A stretch of 64,000 nt of DNA, taken from positions 64,230 to 128,229 of the forward strand of contig CAYPFP010000003.1 in assembly GCA_964409935.1 (NCBI GenBank). Direction: 5' to 3'. Below the pieces are notes generated by a model. It saw only the letters and a program-made list of their open reading frames with translations. It searched no databases and was not told the origin of the DNA. Below, in pieces: positions 1-8,636 of this stretch. Both the position numbers and the translations under genes were made by a program. Each line of letters opens with the position of its first letter. The first letter of the stretch is position 1. Source of the DNA: an uncultured Planctomycetota bacterium. GTDB taxonomy: Bacteria > Planctomycetota > Brocadiia > JAADGH01 > CAYPFP01.

Positions 1-384
1 GGCCACCAGCACGCCCGCCAGCCACCGCACGCCTTTGGAGTAGCGCTTCTCGAAGAGTTCCGGCAGCGTCATGGCGCCGGAGGCCCGCAGCCGGTTGATG
101 ACGAACCCCGTCCGCCCCACGATCCACATGGCGCCGGCCATGCAGATGCCTGGCAGAGCTCCCGCGAAACCGTTCAGGTATCCCGCCTGCGCCGTGTACA
201 TCACCGTGACGATCCCCACCTCTGTCGCAGCCAACGAGGCGATGCCGAGGTAGACGTTCATCTCGCGCCCCGCGACCAGATAGTCTTCCACCTTGCCCAC
301 GTACCGCCGCATCCACAGCCCCGCCGCGAATGTCAGCACGAGGTACACGACGATGATGGCCCAGTCAAAGCCGGCGAAATGCAT
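1..384 (-). CDS. sodium:solute symporter (SSF) family transporter, N-terminal fragment (gene runs off window start)
   Basis: Minus-strand reading frame from ATG at 382-384 to window edge; translation MHFAGFDWAIIVVYLVLTFAAGLWMRRYVGKVEDYLVAGREMNVYLGIASLAATEVG... has TM helices and motifs typical of SSF/SLC5 N-termini; not in ORF track because it is partial. Confidence 0.5.
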   Translation of the reverse strand, partial: MHFAGFDWAIIVVYLVLTFAAGLWMRRYVGKVEDYLVAGREMNVYLGIASLAATEVGIVTVMYTAQAGYLNGFAGALPGICMAGAMWIVGRTGFVINRLRASGAMTLPELFEKRYSKGVRWLAGVLVA

Positions 385-432
385 GCGTTGCTCCTCAATC
401 GCTACCGTTCGGGACCGTCTCCGTTTTCGTCC

Positions 433-3153
433 TCACTGAGCAAGCAGTTCCACGCTGTCCACCCCGAACCACGGCCTGGCCCCGACGTGCCCTTCCTTGA
501 GCATGTTTTCGATGGTCAGCCGGTTCGTCCCCGTCTTGAGCGCGCCGGCCGGGATGTCGTACTCTTGCCGGCTGAGCTTTCCCTCCGGGAACGGCCCCTC
601 CCCCTCGAATACCGCCCGCCCGTTCAGCGATATCCGGATCGGCACCTGCGTCCCGCGCTCCACCGGGCACGACATCCCCACCACCGCCAGTCGCGCCTTC
701 GCGGGCACAACCCCCACGCGGAAGTAAGTCGTCATCATATGGTACGGATTTTCCCGCTGCGCGTAAATGTAGTTCCCCTTCGCGGACAAAGTTCGTCCTC
801 CGATCTTGATCCCCGCGTGATAGAGCACTTGTCCGCCGCCTGCGAACTCCGTTCCGAAGATGGTGAGGCTCTTGCCCGGTTCAAGCGTCCGGACCTTCGC
901 CGGGTCTTCCGCCTCAAGCTCCTGTTTCAGCCGCCGGTACGATCCGACGACCATGCTCGCGGCCAGCGCATTTCGGGCGCCGGCGTGCGACGACGCGTAC
1001 GACGCCGACTCCGTGTCCGCCTCCAGGACCTTCGCCAGCGCAGAGGCGTCTCGGTACGCCTCCCCCGCCTCGGCGAACTTTCCTTCCCGCTTTAACGTGA
1101 CCGTCCGGATGAGGCGGTCGTAGAAGTGGATGGTGTTCCACGCATACATCAATCCCTGCCGGTCCTCTTCCACGCGCGCCGCCTGGTCCGGTGTCAAGGC
1201 CTGCTTCGCGGCCTCCTCGATCAGGCCGCGCGCCCGGTCAACGTGCCGCACCATCTCGACGAAATCCGGCCCGTCGTCGGTTTCGGGATGAAACTCTTCG
1301 TAGCGCATGTGCTTGAACGGAAACAGCTTTGGCGCGTCTCGCTCCAACCCCTTCGCCAGCGAGCCTCGCATCAGGCGGCAGTTGGCCAGCGCCCGCTCCA
1401 ACCGCAGGTAACATTCCCGCATGGTCTCCTTCGCCGCTCCGTACCTGCCGGCCAGGTAGTCTGCGAAGAGCGCCTCCGCATCCAGTCCGGGCTTCCACAG
1501 CATCTTCGCCATCTGGTAGTTCGTCAGCGCGCGCGTTCCCCAGTTACGGGTGGTGCAGTGCATGTAGTGCATGTGCCGCGCGCCGGTCCGGTGGTAATGC
1601 GGGATGTCCGAGGACATGGTATGGCGGAACACGATCGGCAGGCACTTGAAGACGGAGACGTTGTAGTACTCGCCGATGAAGATCTGCCCCTGGTAATGCC
1701 GTTGAGGATCGGCGGCCCATCCGACGTACTGCTTGACATACCGCTGGTTGATTTCCGTGCACGTCGGATCGTCGAAGGTGTGAACGTAGCATCGCCCGAT
1801 GGGGAAGAACGTCGCGGTGCAGTTCTCGTAATCAAAATCCGCCGGCAGCGCGCGGGTCGGGGGCTCGATCACGTCGGCGTAGGCGAGGAAGGCGATCTGC
1901 ACGTTCCGGTGGAGCCGCTGCTCCTTCATGGCCTTCTTGATCTCGGCCCGCAGCCGGTGCACCAGCAGCAAGTTCCGGTCCGTCGGGGTTCCCAGCGCCT
2001 TGCAGTCTTCGCACTCGCACCACTTCCCGCCGTCGAGCGTCCAGAAATTGATGCTGTCGGCGTCCTGCCATTTGCCGTCAATCAGGCACTGCACGACGTT
2101 CTTCATCAACTCGCTGCACGCGTGGGGGTTCGACGTGCAGAAGTTGTCGCCGCCGTCGCCGTGGATGTTGAAGCTGCGCTTTCCGAGCCGCAGGCCGTAC
2201 CACTCCGGGTGCGCCTCGGAGTACTGGAGCTTTCCATCGCCGTTTGTGTCGCCGCGAAAATCGGCCGATATCGGATAGGGATCGTCCGGTCTGGCGGAAT
2301 CTCGCGGAAACTTCGGGTGCTTGTACGGGTATTCCGCACGGGGACTGAGAAACTCGTGCTGATGCAGATGCCCCCCGCACGTCAGCAACAGCCCCCGCTT
2401 CTTCAGGGCGGGGTGGTTCGACTGCGCGTCCGTCCAGAGGTTCATCTTGTTGCGGGCCATCCAGTCGAAGAAGTCCTCGTTGCCCCGATCCTCCCACGCC
2501 CAGAACCCGCGCGTGGAGAAGGCGGGCTGTTCCCGGACATTCATGTCCGGGATTTCCTCCAGCGCCCGCCGGGGCACATGCTCATTTGTCTTTCCAGGCC
2601 CGAACCAGCGCACCCCCAGCCGCTCCAGAAAATCGTACACGCCATACAACGTGCCGACGCGTTCTTCGCCGCCGATGAAGATCACGCGCCGCCCGGCGGC
2701 CGTTGCGCTCCTGATCACGAACCCCTCCCGCCCCAGGCCCTCGACTCCCGGCGCCCCGCCCCACAACCGTTCCGCCGTGCGGTTGGATTTTGGACTGCCG
2801 ATGACGATTCGGACGGCCTCCCCCGGCGGCCCCGCTGCCGGGTCGTCGTCCGGCGTCGGCTCGTCGTCGGCGATCCGGATCTCCGCCCCCGTCATTCTGC
2901 TCAGGTACTCGCGCAGTTCCGTCGCCGCGAAGCACTCCGTGCACACCGTGTCGTCTCTGGTGTCCGCGTCGCTGGTACGACGCGCCGCGTCGCTGGTACG
3001 ACGCGCCGCGTCGCGCCAGTTGACGTTCGCCTCGTCCTGCGCCGCCGCCTCCGCCGAGGCATGCTTCCCCAAGTTCACCACAATCGTCGCGCCGCCCTCC
3101 GCCGTCGCGCAGAAAGCGGCAGCCAGAACGAGCGCGGCCCCGAATACCTTCAT
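433..3153 (-). CDS. secreted DUF4838-like putative glycoside hydrolase (GH20b-like N-domain + TIM-barrel-like core); carries in-frame REP-A tandem repeat (ARRTSDAARRTSDA)
   Basis: 906-aa ORF with signal peptide MKVFGAALVLAAAFCATAEG; GVYDFLERLGVRWF-type motif region; 10-nt gap to upstream gene; family assignment from memory of motifs only. Confidence 0.55.
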   Translation of the reverse strand: MKVFGAALVLAAAFCATAEGGATIVVNLGKHASAEAAAQDEANVNWRDAARRTSDAARRTSDADTRDDTVCTECFAATELREYLSRMTGAEIRIADDEPTPDDDPAAGPPGEAVRIVIGSPKSNRTAERLWGGAPGVEGLGREGFVIRSATAAGRRVIFIGGEERVGTLYGVYDFLERLGVRWFGPGKTNEHVPRRALEEIPDMNVREQPAFSTRGFWAWEDRGNEDFFDWMARNKMNLWTDAQSNHPALKKRGLLLTCGGHLHQHEFLSPRAEYPYKHPKFPRDSARPDDPYPISADFRGDTNGDGKLQYSEAHPEWYGLRLGKRSFNIHGDGGDNFCTSNPHACSELMKNVVQCLIDGKWQDADSINFWTLDGGKWCECEDCKALGTPTDRNLLLVHRLRAEIKKAMKEQRLHRNVQIAFLAYADVIEPPTRALPADFDYENCTATFFPIGRCYVHTFDDPTCTEINQRYVKQYVGWAADPQRHYQGQIFIGEYYNVSVFKCLPIVFRHTMSSDIPHYHRTGARHMHYMHCTTRNWGTRALTNYQMAKMLWKPGLDAEALFADYLAGRYGAAKETMRECYLRLERALANCRLMRGSLAKGLERDAPKLFPFKHMRYEEFHPETDDGPDFVEMVRHVDRARGLIEEAAKQALTPDQAARVEEDRQGLMYAWNTIHFYDRLIRTVTLKREGKFAEAGEAYRDASALAKVLEADTESASYASSHAGARNALAASMVVGSYRRLKQELEAEDPAKVRTLEPGKSLTIFGTEFAGGGQVLYHAGIKIGGRTLSAKGNYIYAQRENPYHMMTTYFRVGVVPAKARLAVVGMSCPVERGTQVPIRISLNGRAVFEGEGPFPEGKLSRQEYDIPAGALKTGTNRLTIENMLKEGHVGARPWFGVDSVELLAQ
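2966..3017. repeat. REP-A hairpin repeat GCGTCGCTGGTACGACGCGCC, 2 tandem copies + partial, in-frame in CDS
   Basis: Stem GCGTCG/CGACGC with loop CTGGTA; 21-nt unit = 7 codons (ARRTSDA). Confidence 0.85.
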
Positions 3154-3163
3154 CCCTTATCCC

Positions 3164-4861
3164 TCATTGCGCCTTCAGGTAGACGACTCCCGGCTTGATA
3201 AGCTCCGCCAGCGTCAACCCGCAGAAACCCGTCGCCGCCATGGAGAACTCGCCCCAGGGCAGGTCCGGCTCCACCATGACCCCGATGCGCCTGGCGAATT
3301 CGGGACGGCACAGGAACGCCTTGCATCGTTTCACCCCCTCGCGCACCTCGGCAGCTTCTGCCATGCTACGGTGATATTCGATGAGGACCAGCGGCATGGC
3401 CGCGGCCTTCGAGTTCGTCCACGGATGGGTCGGCGGCCACCACACGCCGTTCTCCCGCGCCTGCAAAAGCCCTTGCGAACCGAAAAGGTGCCGCTCGTAC
3501 ACGCGTCGCTGGTACGACGCGCCGCGCCGCGTCTTTCCCTTGAGCGCCTTGTCCTTCGACCAATGCCACGTCCACAGGATGGCTTCGTGGTAGTAGTAGA
3601 TGTCGCCGAAGTGTGTGACCTTCAGCGCGCGCGCTTCTTTCTTCTGGTGATGGTGATGGATGGGGCGGCCGTCCTCCTCCCAGTTGTCCAGCAGGAAGTT
3701 CGCCGCACGCTCTGCGACCCGCAGGTATCGTTCGTCCCCCGTGATGGCGTACAGGGCGCAAAAGCTCATGCCCTGCGTGCCTGTCGCCACGCTGTACGGC
3801 ACGGTCATGTCCTCGCCCTTCCAACGCCCGTTCGTGAATCCGCCCGACGGCAGTTGCCACCTTGACGCGTACTCGTTGGAGAACCGCCGAAGGGCGTCGC
3901 GATATCTCTTCTTGCGTTCTTCGTCCACGTACGGATGCGCAACGGCCAGACAGGTCGAGATCGAGCCGACATCCGCGCAGTTTGTCGTGCCGCTCATGGC
4001 CCGCTGGAGTTCCACGCCGCTTCGTTCCGAAACGGGCTTGTTGCGGAACGCGCTTTCCCACGCCCCGTTGGGAAGCTGTTCGCCGACGAGTTTGTCCAGG
4101 ACCGCCGTCACGGCCTCCAGGTATCGCTTGTCGCCGAAGATGTCGTAGCCCGCCAGCAGGGTCCGAATCGGATAGCTGCACCGGTACCACTCGCTGGAGT
4201 TGGCTTCGAAGAACCCCTGCCCGGTTTGGTGCGCGAGCAACCAGTCGCAGTACGCCTTTAACGTCCCTTTCGCGTCGGGTGCGGGACCGGCCTCCAGTTC
4301 CGCAACCGCCGGAACTGTGTTCGGCGGTGCGACTTCGGAGTACACGCTATGTTCTTTCTGTTGCTTCTGCCCGCGGACGACCATTGCCGTCACTGTGAAG
4401 TTCGGCGCGCCTTCCACCGGCGTGATCTCGATGCACAGTCTTTCGTCGGTCACTCGGGCCGTAAACGTCTTCGTGACGAACTCGCCCTTCCTCGTGATCA
4501 GCCTCTCGACGACGAGCCGTCCCTGCGCGTAGACATTGAAGGGGCCGTGTGGAAAATCCTTGTCGCCGAACGTGACCCCGATCTCGTACTCCCCGTTATC
4601 AAGCCCGGCGATGAATTCTCCGCGGTCCCCGTGCACCAGATCGCGATTGAGCATGTCCTTGCCGCCCCGGTCGCGATTCCCGAGGTTGATGCCCTTCCAC
4701 CGGAACCGGGGGTCGTGGCTTCTGGCCTCCACGGCAACGTATCCTTTGGCGCAGGTCTCCCTGGGGCCGAAATCTATCCTGAATACATCGGTCTGCATTT
4801 GCCCAAGTACGCTCCCACAAAACCAGCACGCAAGAAGAAACGCGAATTGTCTCATGTACAT
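3164..4861 (-). CDS. secreted protein with N-terminal beta-sandwich and (alpha/alpha)6-toroid domain (polysaccharide lyase/hydrolase-like, family unresolved)
   Basis: 565-aa ORF, signal peptide MRQFAFLLACWFCGSVLG; toroid-type repeats (GAWE, SGGFTNGRW, QGMSFCALYAITGDERYL); contains single REP-A copy in-frame (GASYQRRV). Confidence 0.5.
   Translation of the reverse strand: MYMRQFAFLLACWFCGSVLGQMQTDVFRIDFGPRETCAKGYVAVEARSHDPRFRWKGINLGNRDRGGKDMLNRDLVHGDRGEFIAGLDNGEYEIGVTFGDKDFPHGPFNVYAQGRLVVERLITRKGEFVTKTFTARVTDERLCIEITPVEGAPNFTVTAMVVRGQKQQKEHSVYSEVAPPNTVPAVAELEAGPAPDAKGTLKAYCDWLLAHQTGQGFFEANSSEWYRCSYPIRTLLAGYDIFGDKRYLEAVTAVLDKLVGEQLPNGAWESAFRNKPVSERSGVELQRAMSGTTNCADVGSISTCLAVAHPYVDEERKKRYRDALRRFSNEYASRWQLPSGGFTNGRWKGEDMTVPYSVATGTQGMSFCALYAITGDERYLRVAERAANFLLDNWEEDGRPIHHHHQKKEARALKVTHFGDIYYYHEAILWTWHWSKDKALKGKTRRGASYQRRVYERHLFGSQGLLQARENGVWWPPTHPWTNSKAAAMPLVLIEYHRSMAEAAEVREGVKRCKAFLCRPEFARRIGVMVEPDLPWGEFSMAATGFCGLTLAELIKPGVVYLKAQ
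3503..3523. repeat. REP-A, single copy, in-frame in CDS
   Basis: Exact 21-mer. Confidence 0.85.
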
Positions 4862-4862
4862 T

Positions 4863-5885
4863 TCACAGGACTTCCTTCAGCCATTTCATGGCCGGTTCTT
4901 GGGGAAGGTAGTGGCCGCCTTCGTGTTCGAAGAGCTGCAAGTATCGCTCGGCGCTGAAAGCGGCGTACGCCTGCCGTATGCCCGCCCCCATGCGCGCGCG
5001 ATCTTCCTCGAACAGCAGCGGGTCTTTTTTTCCCGACATAATCATCAGCGGCTTGGGCGCGATCAACGTAAAAACCTCGCCCACGTCGCCGTGCCGCAGC
5101 AGGCCGGGCAGGAACTGCAGGCCGCACGAGGTCAGCTTGAGCGACCGCTCGCGGAAACAGTTGAGGCATCCCGAACACACTGCCGCCCTCACGCGGCTGT
5201 CGAACACCGACAGCCACATGGACATCCGCCCGCCGGTGGAATTTCCCATTACCGCGATTCGTTTCGGGTCCACGTCTTCGCGCAAGGCGATGACGTCCAC
5301 CCCCGCCTCGCCGTCCGAGATCATCAGCGAGAGCAGCGGTATCCCGTACATCTGCCCTGCCACGAACTTCGAGTTGCACATGTCGTCGTTGAACCGGAAT
5401 CCTGCCTCTACCCGTTCGCCCCATCCCCACCAGTCGGGGCAGAGGGTCACGAAGCCGGCGCGCACGGCGCCCAGCCCGTAATCATCCGGCGGGTCGTCTC
5501 CCTTGGCGGACGGCACAATCCCCGCCACGGCGTCCTTGCCGCCGTGATGGTGTCCGTGGAGGGCGAGCACGCCGGGTCGTCTTTCGCCGCGTTTGAGGCC
5601 CTTGGGCTTTAGCACGTACGCGGTCACCGTCGCTCCGGGCACGGAGTCGTACGCGATGTGCTCGCGCACGTGATCTTCCACCTCTACGCAGTCCAGCACT
5701 CGGATGTTCAGCGGCGGCCTCGGAAGGGGTTGCCCGCGCAGTTCGAGCATCTTTTCGCGGAAGCTCTGTTGCCAGGCTCTCACGCTCTCCCGCGAACCGT
5801 CGCCGGCGTAGGTCATGTCCGGTTTGCGCAGGTCGCCGTACACCCGCAGGAATTCCCTGAATGACACTCGTTTGGGGTCTATCAT
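4863..5885 (-). CDS. alpha/beta hydrolase (acetyl-xylan esterase / dienelactone hydrolase-like)
   Basis: ORF 4863..6119 trimmed to ATG at 5883-5885 (MIDPKRVSFREFL); earlier part of ORF is low-complexity; GNSTGG nucleophile-elbow (GxSxG) and HGHHHGGKD region. Confidence 0.55.
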   Translation of the reverse strand: MIDPKRVSFREFLRVYGDLRKPDMTYAGDGSRESVRAWQQSFREKMLELRGQPLPRPPLNIRVLDCVEVEDHVREHIAYDSVPGATVTAYVLKPKGLKRGERRPGVLALHGHHHGGKDAVAGIVPSAKGDDPPDDYGLGAVRAGFVTLCPDWWGWGERVEAGFRFNDDMCNSKFVAGQMYGIPLLSLMISDGEAGVDVIALREDVDPKRIAVMGNSTGGRMSMWLSVFDSRVRAAVCSGCLNCFRERSLKLTSCGLQFLPGLLRHGDVGEVFTLIAPKPLMIMSGKKDPLLFEEDRARMGAGIRQAYAAFSAERYLQLFEHEGGHYLPQEPAMKWLKEVL

Positions 5886-5949
5886 TTCCCTCGTCCTCGC
5901 CCCGTCCCTGGCGCCGCCAGGAACGGGGCACGCCATTGTTCCAATCTGT

Positions 5950-8636
5950 TCACTGATGCAGCCGCTGCATCGAGCCGTCGCGGTGCTCCACCTCAACAAG
6001 CGTCGCGCCGTCCTTGATCGGCGGTTCGGCGCGGAGCGCGCCGACCGTCCGCCCGTCATCCGGGAAACGCAGCAGCCCGTAGAAGTCATGCCTGACGAGC
6101 TTCGTATACTCGTTCTCAACGCCCAGCTTGATCAGCGGGCTGTCCGGCCTGAGCCGGTAGTCTTCGCGATCAGGGTCAGAAAATCCCGGCGGCTGGTCGA
6201 GAGGCGTCGCGCCCTTGCCCTTGTCCGTGTAATTGCCCTCCACAAGGTCCTCGGCTCTTGCCCTCACGGCGGAACGGCAGCCCACCACAATGTTGTTGAG
6301 GTACGCCTGCCGGCGGTCCTTCAACGGGCACCAGCGGGTGCCGCGATTTGCCCGGCCCTCGCCCAGGTACAGGCCGTCGGCCCCCACGAGCTTCTGCCAG
6401 GCGGGCAGGGGATTCCAGCGTCCGTCAATAGTGTTGTTGACGGCCCAGTTGCGGGCGGAACTCCACGAGAGGATGGCCTCGCGGAACCACACAGGCCCGG
6501 GCCTCAGGTTAACGGATAGGTTGTTGGCGATCAGGTTAGGACCCGGCGACGCCTCGATGCCGACGCACAAGGCCCACGCGTTGCGGAAGAAGTTGCCCTC
6601 GATCCGGTTGGCGTAGTGCGACCAGTCGAGCCAGATGCCCGGCCCGCTCCCGCCGATGACGGTGTTGTAGCGGATGACGCAGCCCGTGAGGTGGAACAGT
6701 TTCATCCCTCCCGACTCCCAGAACGACGGATGGCCGGCCCAGTTGTTGTTGACCATCGTGTTGTGCTCGATGAAGACGCGGCTGCGTCCGGGTGCGGGGC
6801 CGTCCTGGTTTTCCGCCGTAAGTTTGTCCGAAGTCCCCGATCCGCTGATCCCCACATTGCCGGGGTTTACGATCCAGTTGTTGCGAATGATGATGGGCGC
6901 CGCCGTCTGGTCTTTGTGGCACCTGAACGAGATGCCGCCGACCTCGCTGTCGCGGACCAGGCAGCCCTCCAGCACTAGTCCCTCCCCGTTGAGCAACACC
7001 AGGGCGCGTTGCTGGAACTGCGCCCCGTGCCGAAGCTCGAAACCCATGACCTCGACGAAGTCGCCCTTGACGAGCACGATCTCGTTGCTCCGCGCCGAGA
7101 GGTCAAGCGGGTGGTCGTTCGGGTCGGCGTTGCCCGGCAGGCGGACGTACACGCCCAAGTCCTTCTCCGCCGGAAACGGCCCCAGCACGAGGTATTCCGA
7201 CACGTGAGGCTGCGGCCCCGCTGTCGTGGGCTTGGCGCGGTCGGGCGGCTCGCCCGCCGACGCGACCACGCCCTCCACGCCTTTCGGCACGCCGAACTTG
7301 AAACGCACTTTGTCCGGGCGTGTCGTTGTGTCGAACTCAAAGACGAGATGGTTCCAGCCTTCGCGCAGGGTGAAGTTGTCCCACGAGTCGGCGAAACCGT
7401 AGTTGCGGTACGGGTGCGGCAGGTCCAGTTGGAAGTCCCGTTCGGTGGAGTAGATGACCGACGGCAGTCGCGTGCCGTTGACCCACACGCGGTACTTGTT
7501 GACCTGCGCGTTCAGGCCCGCCCCGCACATCCGAGCGGCCCGGAATTCGCCGCCGACCAGCAGGCGCCCCGTGATCGGTTCTGGGAAGTCCGGGTGCCAT
7601 TCGATGTCTTTCTTCTTTTTCGGCTCGACCCAGACGTGCGTCGAGGTCCGGAAGACGGCGTTGGCGGACTCCGGACCATAAGCCGCGCCGAGGTCAAGGA
7701 AACCTTCGGCGTCGGCGCGCAGCAGACGCCACGTCTTGCCGAACTGCGTCTCGCCTTCCCGCGGCTTGGCCGCCCCGTCGAGCCGCAGATTGAGGAACTC
7801 GCGGGAGGCCCGGTTCAGGCAGTACTCGCCTTCCTTCAACTCCGAAGGCAGGCTGCGCTCGATGAGCGTGCGCCCGCCGACCGACATCGTCCCCAGGAGC
7901 TTTGTGAACAGATCCGCCCGGTACACGCCCGGCAGTCCCTCAACCGGCTTCCACGCGCCGGGGGGGAAGGTGTCGTTGCCGGTGATGGCGGGCATGGCGC
8001 CGTCCGCGCCTCGCACGCCCTCCAGTCGGATAGGTCTCGCCGCCGCGCCGCTCTTTTCGATCTTCACGGCCTCGCGGTAGACGCCGGCATGAACATGGAT
8101 GATGCTCCCCGCTTCGGCCCGGCTGATGGCCGCGCTGATCGTCTTCAACGGGGCGTCAGGCGTTCCGGGACCGCCGTCGTCGGCACGCGGATGTCCATTA
8201 TTGACGATGAGGGTTGGGTTGGGCGACAGATCGATGGGGGCAGGCCCGGTTGGCGGCGGCGGTTCGGGGCCGGATGGGCCCGCCGTCCGGATGTACCAGT
8301 TCCGGACTTCAGCGGCGGGCTTGCCGAAGATTGTGCGGCTGATCTCATCCGCCGTCTTGCCTTCTGTCTCGCCGTCGAGTCCGCGAATGCGATTCAGAGG
8401 GTAGTTGATGACCCACCAGCCGGGACGGCTGCAGGTCAATTTTTTCCCGTCGTACCTGACCTCCACCTCGGTTTCACCCAGAAGCAGGCGCTGTCCGCCT
8501 GATGTGATGACGGCGGGCGCCAGCGGCGGCATATCGGGGATGTTCCGTCCGGGCGGCGGCAGGGGCGCGGCCTTTTCCTGCCCTTCCGCGCTGAACATGG
8601 CCGCTAAAACAAGAAACGCTGCCAGTCTTTTCATCG
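5950..8636 (-). CDS. secreted right-handed parallel beta-helix repeat protein (pectate-lyase-like fold)
   Basis: ORF trimmed to signal-peptide start MKRLAAFLVLAAMFSAEG; repeated NN-rich beta-helix turns (IRNNWIVNPGNVGISGSG, HNTMVNNNWAG, IRYNTVIGGSGPG); overlaps upstream gene stop by 6 nt. Confidence 0.6.

Noticed and set aside
71-253. 60-aa plus-strand ORF at window start
   Set aside because: Antisense to the SSF symporter fragment; no SD; not protein-like.
1126-3198. 690-aa plus-strand ORF (and similar long ORFs 15559..16680, 16782..17843, 19335..20657, 21747..22919, 26028..27230, 33626..35914, 38187..39422, 42092..43960, 45444..47015, 52532..54853, 54916..56154, 56670..59753, 59578..63726)
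   Set aside because: All lie antisense to or out of frame with genes that have recognisable domains, SDs and signal peptides. Their translations are Arg/Gly/Pro/Ala-rich low-complexity strings typical of shadow ORFs in high-GC DNA.
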